Part shown: positions 37,202 through 50,700 of the stretch, piece by piece
Layout of the letters: each line of letters begins with the position of its first letter
How positions within the stretch are numbered: position 1 is the first letter of the stretch
Assembly (NCBI GenBank): GCA_002633005.1
Contig: NMRA01000653.1
Coordinates: forward strand, 1-64,000
Reading direction: 5' to 3'
Length of the DNA: 64,000 nucleotides
Origin: Phoronis australis
Taxonomy: Eukaryota; Animalia; Phoronida
The notes under the pieces: generated by a model
Database searches by the model: none
Told to the model about the DNA's origin: nothing
Seen by the model: only the letters and a program-made list of their open reading frames with translations
Program-made: the position numbers and the translations under genes

Positions 37202-40200
37202 CATTTCACTTTACTTCCGTTTTCTATTGAGAAATTGAGAAAGGATGTGATTAAATCAGAATACAGTAGTTCAGTCAATCCATTATTGTTGTTTTATTTT
37301 AATAAATCTTTGGTCCATCAACAGTACCTTTCAGAGGATCTTAATCACCTCACTTAATTTCAAATTTATTTTCTACCCAGATTATATGAAATGAAAGTAC
37401 GTTTGCAAGTTACCCCATGTAAGTTCTCGTATGTGAACAACACAGTGTGTGAGCATAGTCTATTACAAAAATACCAAAAGGATGACAAAGCTGAAGGTGT
37501 ACACAAAAGAATCAAAGCAGGTACGTACATGTATGTAACCTACAGGTTGGCAAACACGACCGCGCGTTCTGTGTTTGTTCAACAAAATGAGTGGTACTTT
37601 TGTGTCTTGTGATTTCTGTCCATTTTTTATGAACAAGGCATGTACCGATTGACATTCAGGCTAGGTACTGTGACCACGATGTATGGTACAGGTATAGTCT
37701 TAAGAGCTACAAGTCACACCAACGGATTGGTGCGCACATATAGAAAATGTCCAGCAGGGCTCTAGCAACTGTAAAGTGCTATAGTTAATACCTGAGAAAG
37801 ACATGTATCTTATCTTGTCTTGTAGTTCAAACCACGTGCTCGCGTCGATAAAATGGCGGTCACTTGTGAATGACTCCTCAATCTTGTCACCTGACAGTGT
37901 CCATGCGCCTAAAACGTGACACGAAGGTCAATGGAAAGTCAGCTGCAGTCATTCTAACACATTTATGTTCAAAGAAGGCGATATTTTAAGATAAATGCTA
38001 AAGTGCCTGTGCACATGTCACCTACCAGATTTCTCGTGTGTTTGTTTGTCATATAGACATGAATATCTACTTAGGAAGCTACAGTTCAAACATATCGTTT
38101 GGCTTATAACAATGTTTTTGCGCCTTCAAGGACACCGAGAAATTTAAAATTGATGTGATTTTTCCGAAGGTCCATAACAAATGTCAAAAAATAAATAAAC
38201 TATATACAAGATGAACTTTACCTCTGTTTCTTAAAGACATATTTAAATTGGTTAAAGAAGCAAAAATATGTTTTAAACAATTCCTGAGGAAAATACCATG
38301 TCGCAAGGACTAATATAGAGAAATCCACTTTCCCTGTGACTGCCAATATTTCCAAAACAATCACAAAACTCACGGTTTTTGAAGTACGCGTGAAGGAAAC
38401 ACTCTGTTGTTACCACAGAATTTCTAATCTCTCCCCGCGCTTATGGTAAATGCACGCATGCGCTTACAGTCAGTTCCTTGACGTCAGATTTTCCATGTAA
38501 GGGGAACATGTTACGTCTATGTCTTGCCATACAAAATAAGGAGACGTGCTTTGCCGTGGGGAAGAAAAATCGACAAAGTGTTAAACAGGTGACAGATCTT
38601 TTTTGAAATTTGAAACTAAAAGAAAATGCTTTGATATGAACAGACATTAAAATAGCACTGCGCGAGGTTTGTGGTATGACGTTGTATCTCCTAGCGTGCG
38701 CGGTGTAAAAAGGCCGTTTCCGATTTCGGGAACAGAACGAAGGACTGCTCGAATGAAAAGTTTGATAACGGGAGTATTTTTTTGAGTTTGAAGGGATGTG
38801 AGACATTGACAGTCCCCTAATGTGTAATTCATGCGCAACAGGTAGCTTACTTTGATGTTTTAATCAGGGTGATGCATAATTCGCCGAAAAGCTCCCGGAG
38901 TATAGACCTTCACAGTTTCTACAGGCTAGCTAGAGACGGTAGTCAGCGTCTAATATAGCATGCGCTAAAATTACAAAAGAAGGGAGGCGGAGTCGTCGGA
39001 CACACTTATCGAGTGTTTCTGGCAGTCTGCTTTCCGTAACAGGTATTCTATTGGATTGGGATTGGATTAGCAAACTAAAATATAGCTCCAAAACGTAACC
39101 GTGTAAATTATGAGCTCGCCCGGTAAACATTGTTTAGTGATCGGATGGTAGACACGAAAATTTCTATTGAATGACGGAAGCAAACAGCTTTGGATAGTCT
39201 GACGCGCAATGCGTCTCTTAAAGGTATTGTATATCGCAATACCCACAGGAAGTGGTGGCGTGTATACGGGAGAAATAGAAATGTTACGCGTGATTTTAAA
39301 TAACAATGACCGCTACACGAGGTTTTTTTGACCTCCTGTTTGGCGACCTCAGAATTCATTTGGCGACCTGAGATTTTCTCTAAGTCACATTTGGCGAGTT
39401 TATGTCAAGATACTAGTGTCGAGCACTGTGCGGGGTTTCAGTGTTTGAAAAATTATATTTGGGTGCCAATATCACCCACGATATCATATATTCATCAAAT
39501 CCTGGCGATCATGCAAACGCGTTTTGTGCGTGAAAATGAAGACTTAATGAAAAGTTGAAGTTTTCGCATTTGGAATCGAGTCCATTTTAACTGTTCAATT
39601 CACAAAAAACGTCCTGCTAACAAACGTCCGCTTTTTCAACTACATGTAAATAATACGATTCTATCATCACACCCAAAAGCGGTGTTGATTGGCTGCATAG
39701 ACTTGCATTGCCGATAATTTTGAGTTTATGTTAAAGCAAGTGAAAAGATGCTATTCGAAATAACCTTTGATATCGGAAATATATGTATGTAATTAATCTT
39801 TGAAATTTCTTGGACGTCCTATCTGCATTCTCTGAAAATGACTCAAACCACCTACCCTGACGAATCTGTCAGAGTTCCGTAGACGCAATGAACTGAGCAC
39901 CTACTTCGCTTGTAATACATGGCGATATATCGCAGACGTGCGTGATTTTGAAATTCTCGACGTTCTCGAATCCACGGAACACACATCTAATCTCACCTTG
40001 TTTCTTTTCCACATTACAGTGTGTGTCATTTCTAGGGTTGGAAAGAATTTGTAGTTCGCTAGTGTTTGGAGGTGTTTCTAAGTCACGTGCAGTAAGTTAC
40101 CAGCCGGGTCAAAGCAACTTATTGAGCCTGGCATGCTTTGTGAAAACCCGAAAACCTGGTAATTACGCAAAATTTCTCGAGGTGTCGCCATGCATTACAA

Positions 40201-43200
40201 GCTAAATATGTAATCACACTTGCTTCAATCGCAAGAATCTTATGTCTACCTGCCTACCTGGTCAAGATTGACAGTTTTTTGCAGCAGGTGGTTCTGTAGC
40301 AGCTTCAGTGGTAAAGGCTTTCTCAAAAAATTTGGCGATCTGGGTCTGAGACCGACAAGCTTTTCTAGAGAATTGACACGTGCGATGGCGCCAATATTGC
40401 ACGCTTTAAAAAATGTAGAATTCCATAGGCAATTTTGGTTGGTCTTAGTTTATCCTAGGAATTCGTATGAATGGTAACACACGATTGATTAGAATTCAAT
40501 AGCTTCAACATACCTTCAAGGTAACAGAGAACTGGTTTGAAGTGTTTTCTGTAGTCCCGTTTGCTGTAGTCCTGATCCTTCCACGCTTTGAACCACTCCT
40601 TCATTTCCGCAATTTGATCTTTCACCGTAGGTTGTTTTTTTACCTGGGCAAATGAAAATGAGCACTGTATAAGCGCACGAGGGCTATGTCCTTACTTGGT
40701 AAAGTATGGATACGAGTAAAAGCTCTGATGCAGGCAATAAAGTTATTGAAATATTTCAGAAAAAAATCGAGAATTTAAGGGTGGACTCAATTCCAGGGCC
40801 TATGGAGGAATCCGTGCCCCGTTGCATGAATCAATCCCAAATAGGGCTCAACTAGTAAGTTTTCTGCATATTTTCTGCGTTCGCAGATGTCAAATTTTTC
40901 TGTTGCTTTATCTTTATTATGAGTTAGTCGTCGTCCATAAGGACATCTTTAATAATAGAACAAAAAACTGAGCCCTTAATTAAGTCATTAAGATTAGAGA
41001 CTTAGTCCTTAAATTAGATGCGTTGCATGAAAAGATCCCTAGTTAATTTCGACAATAGTGAGCGTTCAGCATAGAGAACTGTCTAGATTTGCATCAGCGT
41101 CTAAAATTAACTCGAGCAGCATAAGAAGAGACTATCTGTGTTTTCACAAGCCCAAAAATATGCAGTAGATTTAGAAACATTAGTTGAGTCCCTAATTGAG
41201 ACTGCTTCATGCAACCATGCACTGGTTCCCTGGACTAGAATTTAGTCATCAGCTATGTACAGTACAGGTAGCATTTCCGGCACGTGGCCAATCCCACGCG
41301 GTAGAAACCATAAACGAGGCAAGCGCATGATGTCGGTAGGTCGCAGCAAGCTAATCAAATACTGTAAGACGAGAAAATCAGACGTTGCGTAATAACACAG
41401 ACTGATCCCTCAGAATATCTTGTCATATGGACGTCGGTCCATGTGTTCTGATACCACCCTCTGGATCGGTCAATATTTATGAAATGTCAACCACGGAATC
41501 TGTCCAAATTATGTATGGGGCCTGCAGTTGACTGACCAGCCATGAAATGTCGCATTCTGCCCGGACATATGCTGTACATGTAGGTCGCTATTTGCGTTGT
41601 GACCAATAAAACGGCTGAAACCATGAACCCTGACAACCGTAATTAAGCGACCAAAATATAAAACCTGGTAAAAACACACTGTTAGGAGACAAAAATCAGA
41701 GGAAACTCATCCTTGATCGAGAAAGGAAATGAATGCAGAACGATTGCTCTACCCTCCATCGGTCCATAGTCGTACGGTAAAGAAATCCCCATACGCATGA
41801 TAAGTAACAAAGGAGGCGGTATTTGTCACCTGGAAATAACATAATGTGTATGACCTGGAATATGACGTTTTGGCATGTCTGGCAAACTTAAGGATAATGT
41901 CGCTGTACAAATGGTCATTATAGGTCCATTTATTCAGCGACATTACCCGAATGACAGTTGCAAATTCAGATTCGGACAACTGAATTTATTCAACTTACAG
42001 CGTAAGGTACTTCAGGGAATGGTATTTCTTCAACGGCACCCCATTGTTTGCTCTTCGTGCTGGGCATGCGCAAACCATAGTCGTTGTGTCTCGTTCTGAA
42101 TTCGACGCCATTCAGGACAGCAACAAACTCTCCCAGCCCCACTGTGCGGATGTTGTTGGCGTGGTCGTGTACGGAAGCTACCTTTCTGCCCACCCACGTA
42201 TCTGCGTGGTAAGTACGCGTGCCGCCGCCACCTATCCGGACTTGCTTAATGCCTAAACATTCACGAAAAACAAACATCACCAGAAGCATTGGTTGTACAT
42301 GTACACTGGAATTGCACTTTTTCTCCAGTGCAGCAAGTGTTATGAAATCACCAGTTTAAGGAGCTGAGAGTTTTATGAAATGTTTAGATTCAACAAATTG
42401 ACTGCGTGATAGATGTTTGACTGAACCAAAACACGCCTTGAACGAGGTACTCAATTCAGTGTAACTGCACGAGCAATGGTTTTGGTATGCTAAGAGCTCA
42501 TTCCTACGGTGACTCAAGAATGTCATCGCACGTTTCTTTATTAATTGTCTCGAGATCCCGTGAAACTTTTCCTCGGTGAGTCGCTGTACGTATACAGTGG
42601 TCTGGCGCGTCGCACTGCCACGTCATCTGGATCGACTGCAGAAAGAATAATTTGCAGTTTTTCGTTTCACCACTAAGCCATACAGTGACACATTTTTGGT
42701 GCATGTATCTATAACCATATTGCTGCCCTGACATCGATATTTGTTGGTCTATAAAACCAATGACATCATCACTGTCTAAATAACTGCTACGACGTGCGAG
42801 CCCTAGTCTTGACACCAAACGCAGAAGATGCTAATAATGATACCAAAACGATGCCTGCGCTTGTCAACACTTTCTTTTTGCGACAGCCCTAAGTTGAAAA
42901 GATCTCTAACAGCTTCATCTTTATCCAAATTGGAATTTCCTTGGTAACAGAAAACCAGGCCTATCATGTGAGACCGATTTTGTAACAATAAGAGATCTAA
43001 TTCCATTTTTGTTTTTCAGCCAGCAAAACTTTCGTCTAGTAGTAGTGCAGTTTTAAGCGAAAAGCGTATTTTTAAAATCATCCAATTAATATCAGAGATA
43101 TTAACATCGGACACTTAAATCTGTCGTGCCGTGATCAATCTGAGTTCTGCCCTTTCCTCAGATCATCCTCTCTGAATTATTGTTGACAGGTGGAAGTTAT

Positions 43201-45104
43201 TGACAAAAGCGTAGTCATTGATGTTTTGTTGCAGCTACGATGCGTCATGAGAGCTCTACTGACTGTGTGGGTCAAGACTGGAGACGACCTTGATTATCAT
43301 GAATGAAACATTGAAATATCTTGCTGTTGAAAAATCTCCTTGTTCGTATTGTTACTGTCATTTACTTTTCTTCGTTGAGACCATAAGCGTTATGCCCGGT
43401 TTCACGCCAGATCGGATCGCATTTGCTCGTACAAACGTTGAAAGTTAAGTCTTTTGTCTTATTGCGTTAAATGTTGAAAAAATTCCAGTGCAACTGCCAT
43501 TTGAATTATTTGATAAAATGAACTGCCCATCAGTGTCTCATGGTCCAAAGAATGGGGTTTTAAGGAGGCGCATTTGCTTCAAATTATTTTTGGAGTACAG
43601 TATGAGGAGGTCCGGCCATCTTTTATTATTATTATTAGTTTTGCTGGAGCGGTGCCGGCTCAACTACTTTTCGGTAAAGATGACGTCGAAATATTAGTTT
43701 ACCTGGAGAACATTTATTTTCTTGTACAACTTGCCTGCAGCCCATATTATATGCTGTTGTACAAGAAAGATTCTTGATCTACTTCGTCTGTTCCTTTAAC
43801 AGATTCAACAGTGAGACACAAGTACGCAGCAATTTTAAACTGTTTCCATTAAAGTTTGAGGGCCACTCGCGGGTTTCTGAGTTTTTGTCCAATTCCAACT
43901 GAGGCTGACCGGCCCACAGGTCTTTTTCTTTTATTTTTTGTTGCGACGTTTTTTTTTGCTTTTTTTTTAATCACCGAAAGACCCCCTTCGTTGTGTACCC
44001 TCCTGTCCACATCCTTTCGACGCAACGAATTTTTATCCCAAGAAGTTCGAGTATTCGTTGTGAAAACCATGATTTACTAGATAAGACCGGTAGGGATTTA
44101 AAAACAGACAGTGTTGATAGGCATGTCAAGATAAGTAAGCGAGGTCTCTCGCGGTTCCGAAATAAATAAACAACGATTTCGAGATACTGATATGCCGAGA
44201 TAATTAAGTCGGAATCTCAAGATCCTGGGATAATTAAAAAAAGAATGCGCGATGTCATCTTTGTCTTGTCGAAACATTTCCATCTTGGTTCAAGTGTCAT
44301 GGGGCCAGTTTCACGAACGGTGGCACGAGACTTATGACCGAACTTTGATCTTACTCTCACACAACTATTCTAAAAGGTAATTATATGTCACCTGAAAAAG
44401 TGTAAGTATGTTAAAATGTGCCCAGTGTTATTGAGATCGTTTTTGTGAATGGTTCCAGACAGTGGGACGCTCATTACTTGGCTAAACTTTTGTTCAAAAA
44501 CTGCCAACTGGGGGCGTATAAGAACAAATTTTTGTCTGGTTCCCTAAGTTAGTTTTCATGAAACATCACCATGGGTTGTGTTCATAAGATTTTAAACTCT
44601 TGATAACAAAAGAGGTTATCAATGGAACCGAAGTTTTTATACGCATATGCATTGGCGGCACACCATAAGGGATTGGGGGGCCATACCCCTCCACTTTTTT
44701 TAGTTCTGCACCGCTCATGATCTATGAAAACGAAGTTCTTGTACGTACATGCTTTTTATCGCCACTGCATTGATGTAACGATTAAACATAAACCTAAGCA
44801 GCACGTGGTTCTGTTTTTATTTTCCTTTCGCGATACGAAAGTGTAAAAGGAACAGCCGTTAGTTTGTACCTATTACTTCACCTAAAATTTTTATGCTCAG
44901 ATAAGTTGGGAATTGTTTTCATAAATAACCTGAGTCGCCCTCTGATCGTATTCTTTCTTCGATGGCAAGTTGTTGCAGAATCAATTGGCGTGCTAGAGAC
45001 TTGATGACGTCCGTCTGTTTCTTGTCCACGTCATTCTTGCTTATGGCCGCCGGTGAGCACATGCCCACCAGAGCAATGACAACTGCCAGGATTGAGAGCG
45101 ACAT
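30486..45104 (-). CDS. Paralogue B: uncharacterised secreted protein, 12 coding exons, 680 aa
   Basis: Exons (minus): 45104-44930, 42252-41999, 40643-40514, 37908-37792, 36290-36017, 35103-34979, 34537-34425, 33474-33337, 32438-32274, 31877-31709, 31395-31274, 30746-30486. All introns are GT-AG with the same phases as A. Total 2043 nt; exon 8 is one codon shorter than in A. Confidence 0.9.
36302..37110 (+). mobile_element. Penelope-like element RT fragment, antisense in intron 4 of copy B (longer than in A)
   Basis: ORF 36418-36921 contains LYGNHKTHKPGYPLSAILSQ...LDVASLFTNVHL. It continues in another frame as DGKLYLQTNDVSMGSPLGPFFADFYMCNLE...YCR*VDDIF, i.e. the catalytic YVDD with the Tyr codon changed to TAA. 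Confidence 0.88.
37138..37202. repeat. (CA)n(TA)n microsatellite
   Basis: Directly visible at the 3' end of the PLE fragment. Confidence 0.95.
42560..42960 (-). mobile_element. IS3EU-like transposase remnant in intron 1 of copy B
   Basis: LFNLGLSQKE...RHRFGIIIS and VSRLGLARRSSY..DVIGFIDQQISMSGQQYGYRYMHQKC; paralogous to 14770-15186. Confidence 0.6.
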
Positions 45105-45771
45105 CTACAATCGAAACCATTAATATGGGATAAAAATATGCGTGAAATCAGGAAAAATCTACTTTTTAAAATCTCATTCATTATGTCGCTTGATCAAAGA
45201 AAAACTACGGATGTTATTTTTAAGTCAAATTGCGATAAACTGCATGTAACTCCTCATTTTACTGAAGGCGGAGCAAAATTTCGTATTCTTGGAAAACAAA
45301 AACGGAAACTAAATCAAGGCAGGTTAAAGTTATACAAAAACGTATTCCCGCAGTTGCCGAGAACACAAGCACTTCTCTCACCTTTCGCCTTCCGAATGAT
45401 AGCTCTCCAACATGTTCCCTGCAATAAAGCGTCACGTGAGCGTGATCCCACACTAATCGCAGCCGCCCATCATAACACTGAGTTTTGATAATTGTGATTA
45501 AATTTCAGGGGCGTCGCCGTCATACATGCAAAGAAGCACGTGCCTATTACAGAATTGGGCGAGGCGAGAAAAATTCGAGACTGCGCGTTCTCTCAGATGC
45601 TGTAGGCTAGCTATAACTCTAGCCTGCTCGCAAGCAGACTAATTTTTTCCGTTTGGCTTCTAGTTGTAGAATGATTTACTAATTGAAAACCTTAGACAGA
45701 TTTCGTGAAACACGGGGCTTATCCGTCCGTACATTCCGTGTTTAGTCAAAAGACAATTAACTATTCGCGAC

Positions 45772-45826
45772 ACTTACTTGTAAGAACTGGTTCCTAGCAC
45801 GTAGAATTTGCTCAAGTGTTATATAT
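45772..45826 (-). promoter_or_regulatory. Putative core promoter and short non-coding first exon of copy B
   Basis: TATATAA (45825-45819), Inr-like CCAGTT and donor GTAAGT (45777-45772). About 43 bp are identical to the copy-A block. Confidence 0.5.
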
Positions 45827-47298
45827 GCCTAGTTATTCTCAATATTTAATAAAATGTTCCTACTTAATATCATCCGTGAGTGTTAACATTATTCAGCGAA
45901 TTAAAATTCGCTGCCATAAAGAATGGGATCTTGTCTGCAGATAAAGTTCAATTTGTGCATGCACATGTATGTGTACATGTACACATACGCGTGTGAGATT
46001 TTCTTCATATTTGTCAATAAAAGATTTAAGACACGTCTAATAATCAGCATGTTGGCACCATCATTGTTTTCGTTTTCTCTACTACCATTACGCTCGCCAT
46101 TATCGAGTAAAGTTAGTCCTAATCCAAACGTAACCACATCGGAACGCATGCGCCGTGAGAACTGACATCTGGTCACGTGGCTTATATAAACTGTCAAAGA
46201 TAAACTATCACGACCTACGCCTACAGTAGGATTATATATCCAGGTAAGGTTGGGTTTGTATTTGATGAATTGTAAGTTTAGCAAAAGTTTTGAACAATAA
46301 CAATGCTGTTGACTTCCATTTGAATCTCAGTGCACAAAGGTGCTGAAAGTGCCTTACACAATGTATAAAATTGTACACATGATTAAGACTGATGATTTAA
46401 CCTCTCCAAAGGCAGTCTATAGTCGAATTTGGAAATTTAAGATTGTGATGCGTCGATGATATACGCTCCTTTCAAGGCTTTCAAAAAATTCTACCAAACA
46501 TCGGTGAATGTATTTTCCTACCCTTGTTCACTACAAGTCTCAGTAGTTTCAAATCACTTTCACTGACGAAACTTACGATTTAAAAAAATAGTGCTCTGTG
46601 CTCACTTTCTGCAGAAGTAAGACTGTAGACAATATCTTCCAAAGGCGTAAAGTAAAAGCCTGAAAAAACTAAGCTCACGTATTCGCTAATTGTATGCATG
46701 TCCTGTAAGACCTGGTTACATTTGACTGCGGTACCAAGTAATACCTGCGACAGATAGGATCATCTCACAATGGGATGACACGTACGCGACACAAGAACAT
46801 GGCCGGGTGGACAATTGTTTCCCCTTTGAATGTCCATAGCTCAAAGTTTAGATTTTTCGCAATTTTGTGAAAATGTCACTTCCGCCAATAAAGTTTTACT
46901 TCTTGCAAGAGTTTATTTTTATTCCGTTTATTTTTGTTTTCGTCTTTCATCGTGTGTTGTTGAATTTCAAGAGATATGAAATGAATCTAATTTGTGCAGA
47001 CTGATACCCTCATGTTTTCAAACAAAAATGTTTTAACACAACGAGACAGTGGGGTATAACCGAAACCTAAAATGGAATCGAAGCGACATAGAGCTCCATT
47101 TCTGGGCTCGTTTGCATAAAAGTTGGGTAGCAGCAATGACAACGCATTGGCTTACGCATCACGTGTCTGAACAATATACTAATTGCCGCCTCGCAACAAT
47201 TTATTCAGGGGATACGTTTTGAAGTTTCTTGCATCCCAAACGGGGCAGATGAACTTTTTCTCTTTCATTATACCGCCCTTGACTACCATCGTCTAAAA

Positions 47299-47334
47299 CA
47301 AAGTGTCTATCTAAATGACGCAAATGACGTTAAC
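47299..47334. promoter_or_regulatory. Tandem bZIP (CRE/ATF-like) sites TGACGCAA-A-TGACGTTA in the B/C divergent intergenic region
   Basis: CAAAGTGTCTATCTAAATGACGCAAATGACGTTAAC is identical in both duplicate units (also at 20993-21028) while the flanks carry substitutions and indels. Function is inferred. Confidence 0.35.
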
Positions 47335-47722
47335 TGACACAACTTTAAGAAACTATATTTTAAGTTACATTTCGCCCTGTTTAGCTGTCTAAAAATAATA
47401 TCGTATTGGGCATTGAATATTAATAGAACCAGTCTCATAATGTTCCTTGTAGTGAAGATTCCATTCCGTTACAATCATAAACGGTTAAACTGTCGGTGTC
47501 CAAACAAAACTTTATCGGGGATAGCTAAACCTGAAATTGTGAATGGTGCATGTATTGATTACCTGTGGGTTGAGTTCATAGGAATGAGAATCCTGTCACA
47601 GTAAGGAATGTGATGAGACCAATTTTATAAGAGTAAGTACATGTAAAGGGTTTAATTCCATTTTTGTCTTCAGTCAGGCTGGAATACAGCTTTACATTCT
47701 TCTAATTTCGTATCGCATTTAG

Positions 47723-50700
47723 ATGACGGTCCCATTGGCTCTTCTTGTCGCCCTTGTGGTCGTAGTGTCGTCTACGACCGCACAGAATGCTGGGAATTTC
47801 TCGAAGACGGGTGTGATCAAATCTCTAGCCAGACAAATCATCTTACAGCAACTTTACATAGAGGAACGCATCCGTACTGAAGGGGATTCGGGTGAGAATT
47901 TAGAACCATACGTCTGCCAATGGTTTGTTACAAACACGGTGGAAGTTGTCTTTCTTACGATTTGATTCCTTTTAACTTTAGCAGTTATGTCCGTGTGTTT
48001 TCTTAAGTTAATCATTCCCGTTGTGCCATCACCCGCTGCAGCAGTAATGACTGGGACGTTTTATTTATATTTCTTCAAGGAAGACAGACAGGTGCCACCT
48101 CGACACTGCCAACGTAGTTACCCAACTGTTACCAAGAAATTCCGTGAGACCTCGGGAAATTTGCTAAACGTCTGCTTGTTATTTTGTATAGGCCTGAAAC
48201 AGACACGTCTTGGAAGATCTGGTACACGGACATATTACGGCAACACGTGGGTTGGGAGCAACATTGCTTCCATGCACAACCATGCCAACAATATTCGCAC
48301 AGTGGGACTCGGCGAGTTCATTGCCGTCTTAAATGGCGTCGAATTCAGAACAAGACACAATGACTACGGACTGCGCATGCCCAGCATCACTAGCTCCGCC
48401 TACGGTGCTACGACACCTGTGCCTTTCCCAGAGGTTCCCAAAGCGGTAATACAACCAGGTCTTACGGATTTCCCAATACTCATTTTTCAAAATAAACGTA
48501 GTGAAATGTAATAACATGTAATACTGTGCCAACAGTATAATTATTCCGGCCAGTGAACTAAAGTTAATGATCTTTGGCTCAAAATCCAAACAGTAGGGTA
48601 GGTCGATCCAACGCCTGTAGGCGCTGGTATCAAAGAATTTCAAACAGGACGATGTATGTGCTAAATATTCATTTTACCTAAATTTTTGGATGAGATCATC
48701 GGTTTTCAGTTGTGCCCAGATATACATGTTATTGGTACACTTAATTCAGACCATTTTGTATAGGCCTACAGCGTTACGTTAGGCGACTTTCCAAAATCGT
48801 CATTTTGCCATTGCCTAGTCAGTCCATTTCATCGTGATCATCATTGCCGTCATCCCCAATGCTCTTATCAGCGTTAATAAAAGAAAGGTTTTGTAGGATC
48901 TCTGCGAAACTTTCCTGGTACCAAACATTCCTTTTAGGTTCTTGATAAACCGACCGTGGCCGAGCAAATTGCGGAAATGCGAAAGTGGTTCAAAGCTTGG
49001 AGGGACCAAGATTACAGCATTAGAGATTACAGAAAGCACTTCACCCCAGTACTCGTGTTCCTTGAGGGTAAGAAGATGTAATCAGCCGAGCTTTTATTAG
49101 AATAAAATTCGTATGCATTCCTGGTTCACTGGTACACGCAAGAAGCTTAATTGGATTGTGGGATATCTGCAATGGATTGCAGGACACGGATCTTCCTAGT
49201 GGAATGACATCAACAAATGAAAGCAGTACACTTACACTTACATACTGCATAATAAGACGAGGGAAATGTATATTCCACGTGAAACGAAAACCAATTTGTT
49301 CTGATTTTGCGTTTGGCAGACGAAAATTCAAATTCTGAAAAGATGATAACCACTAAGTTTGAGTTGGTAAATTATTGGACAAAATACGCTGAATTGGCTC
49401 CAGTGGCCAAACGGTCAGATCTGTAACAACTGTTGTGTAGACAGTTGTTCTAGTAATGTTGAAAAGTTTAAAAGACTTAGTTGCGCCGTGTGTTGATACC
49501 TCGTTGTTCTCATTCTACACAAGTAGATACATGTATTTCCGTGGCATCAAGTGACGTTTTTCAGTGTTGTTCTCTAAAATGACCCATCTCTCCAACGAAT
49601 TTTGGGTTTCAGTTTTCAAGCCTTTGTTTTTCAACATTTCATCAATCACTATACGAAACTACTGTATAGTGTTTGAAACCTCATCACAGTTGTTGCTAAC
49701 ATTCTCTATTTACATATTTACGTGATTCCTGCGTTTCGGCAAAATTTAACTCATCATTCTCAAGGAGTTCACCAAATCCAGGGTCACATGTAATAAAATC
49801 AACTGCACCAAAAAACCACGTGTAAAGCAGCCACATTTAAAGGTCAAATCTATGCCCAAAGAGTGAGCTCAACCGAACAAGGTTGCCTTTCAGCGAAGTC
49901 CTAGCATGCATGTAGATCCACAAATATGGCAAGGCTCTCCTTATCCAAATCTACTGTATTTACATCACTGAGAATGAAGAAATTGATTTTCGTAGAAACG
50001 TTGGATTTGTGTAAGTATAGAATGTTAGCAGCAATTGTTGGGGTTTCTACTGTTTATTTGACCCAAAACCAACATCGTCAAGAAACTAGAAGTGATTATA
50101 CTGTTCTTATTCAGAACTTGTACCGTAATATTGACACATGAACCTGTTCGTCGTCCTCCAGATTTGTAGCCATTTTCTTAACTTCAGGGGCGTGGACACT
50201 TTCAAAAGGAAAGATAGAAGAGTCTTTCAAAAGCGACCGCCATTTTCTGGACGCCAAGAGTTGGTACGACATGCAAGAAAAGATCAGATACACTTCCTAT
50301 TCCGGTTGGTATGGGTTTTGTGAGGAAACACTACAGCTGGAGACGTAATTACCAGAATGAGAGCTTTTGATTTCACTTTCAACCTAGTGTGACAAAATAC
50401 GCCAGACATTTGAATCTCTTGTTATGCTTACCTCTTTGTTTTCGACTTTGTAACGAATTTCCAAGAAACATTCACGGTTGCGTTCCGTAGACGTAAAAAA
50501 ACCTCGCGATTATAGCAAGTGTGAGCACATGTTTCGATTCTAATTCATGGAGATATATTGTGTAGGGTTGCGCGATTTCTCGTTCATGCGCGTGTCTTCA
50601 GGCTACGGAACGCAGCCCTGTGATACATATGCAACAGGTTATCCGTTCCTTGTTCAGGAAAGCTGACCTCCGCATGGGCGGCGCAGCACTGAAAAAAGTG

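Larger units (their letters stand above)
22143..48062. repeat. Segmental tandem duplication, unit 2 (interrupted by a ~6.7-kb insertion block at ~22457-29209)
   Basis: Colinear with 961-21750 as listed for unit 1. Confidence 0.9.

Noticed and set aside
961-48062. A and B as two alleles mis-assembled in tandem
   Set aside because: Not fully excluded, but disfavoured. Many introns diverge strongly, there are many copy-specific TEs, and unit 1 ends in a truncated, frameshifted C stub joined without a gap to unit 2.
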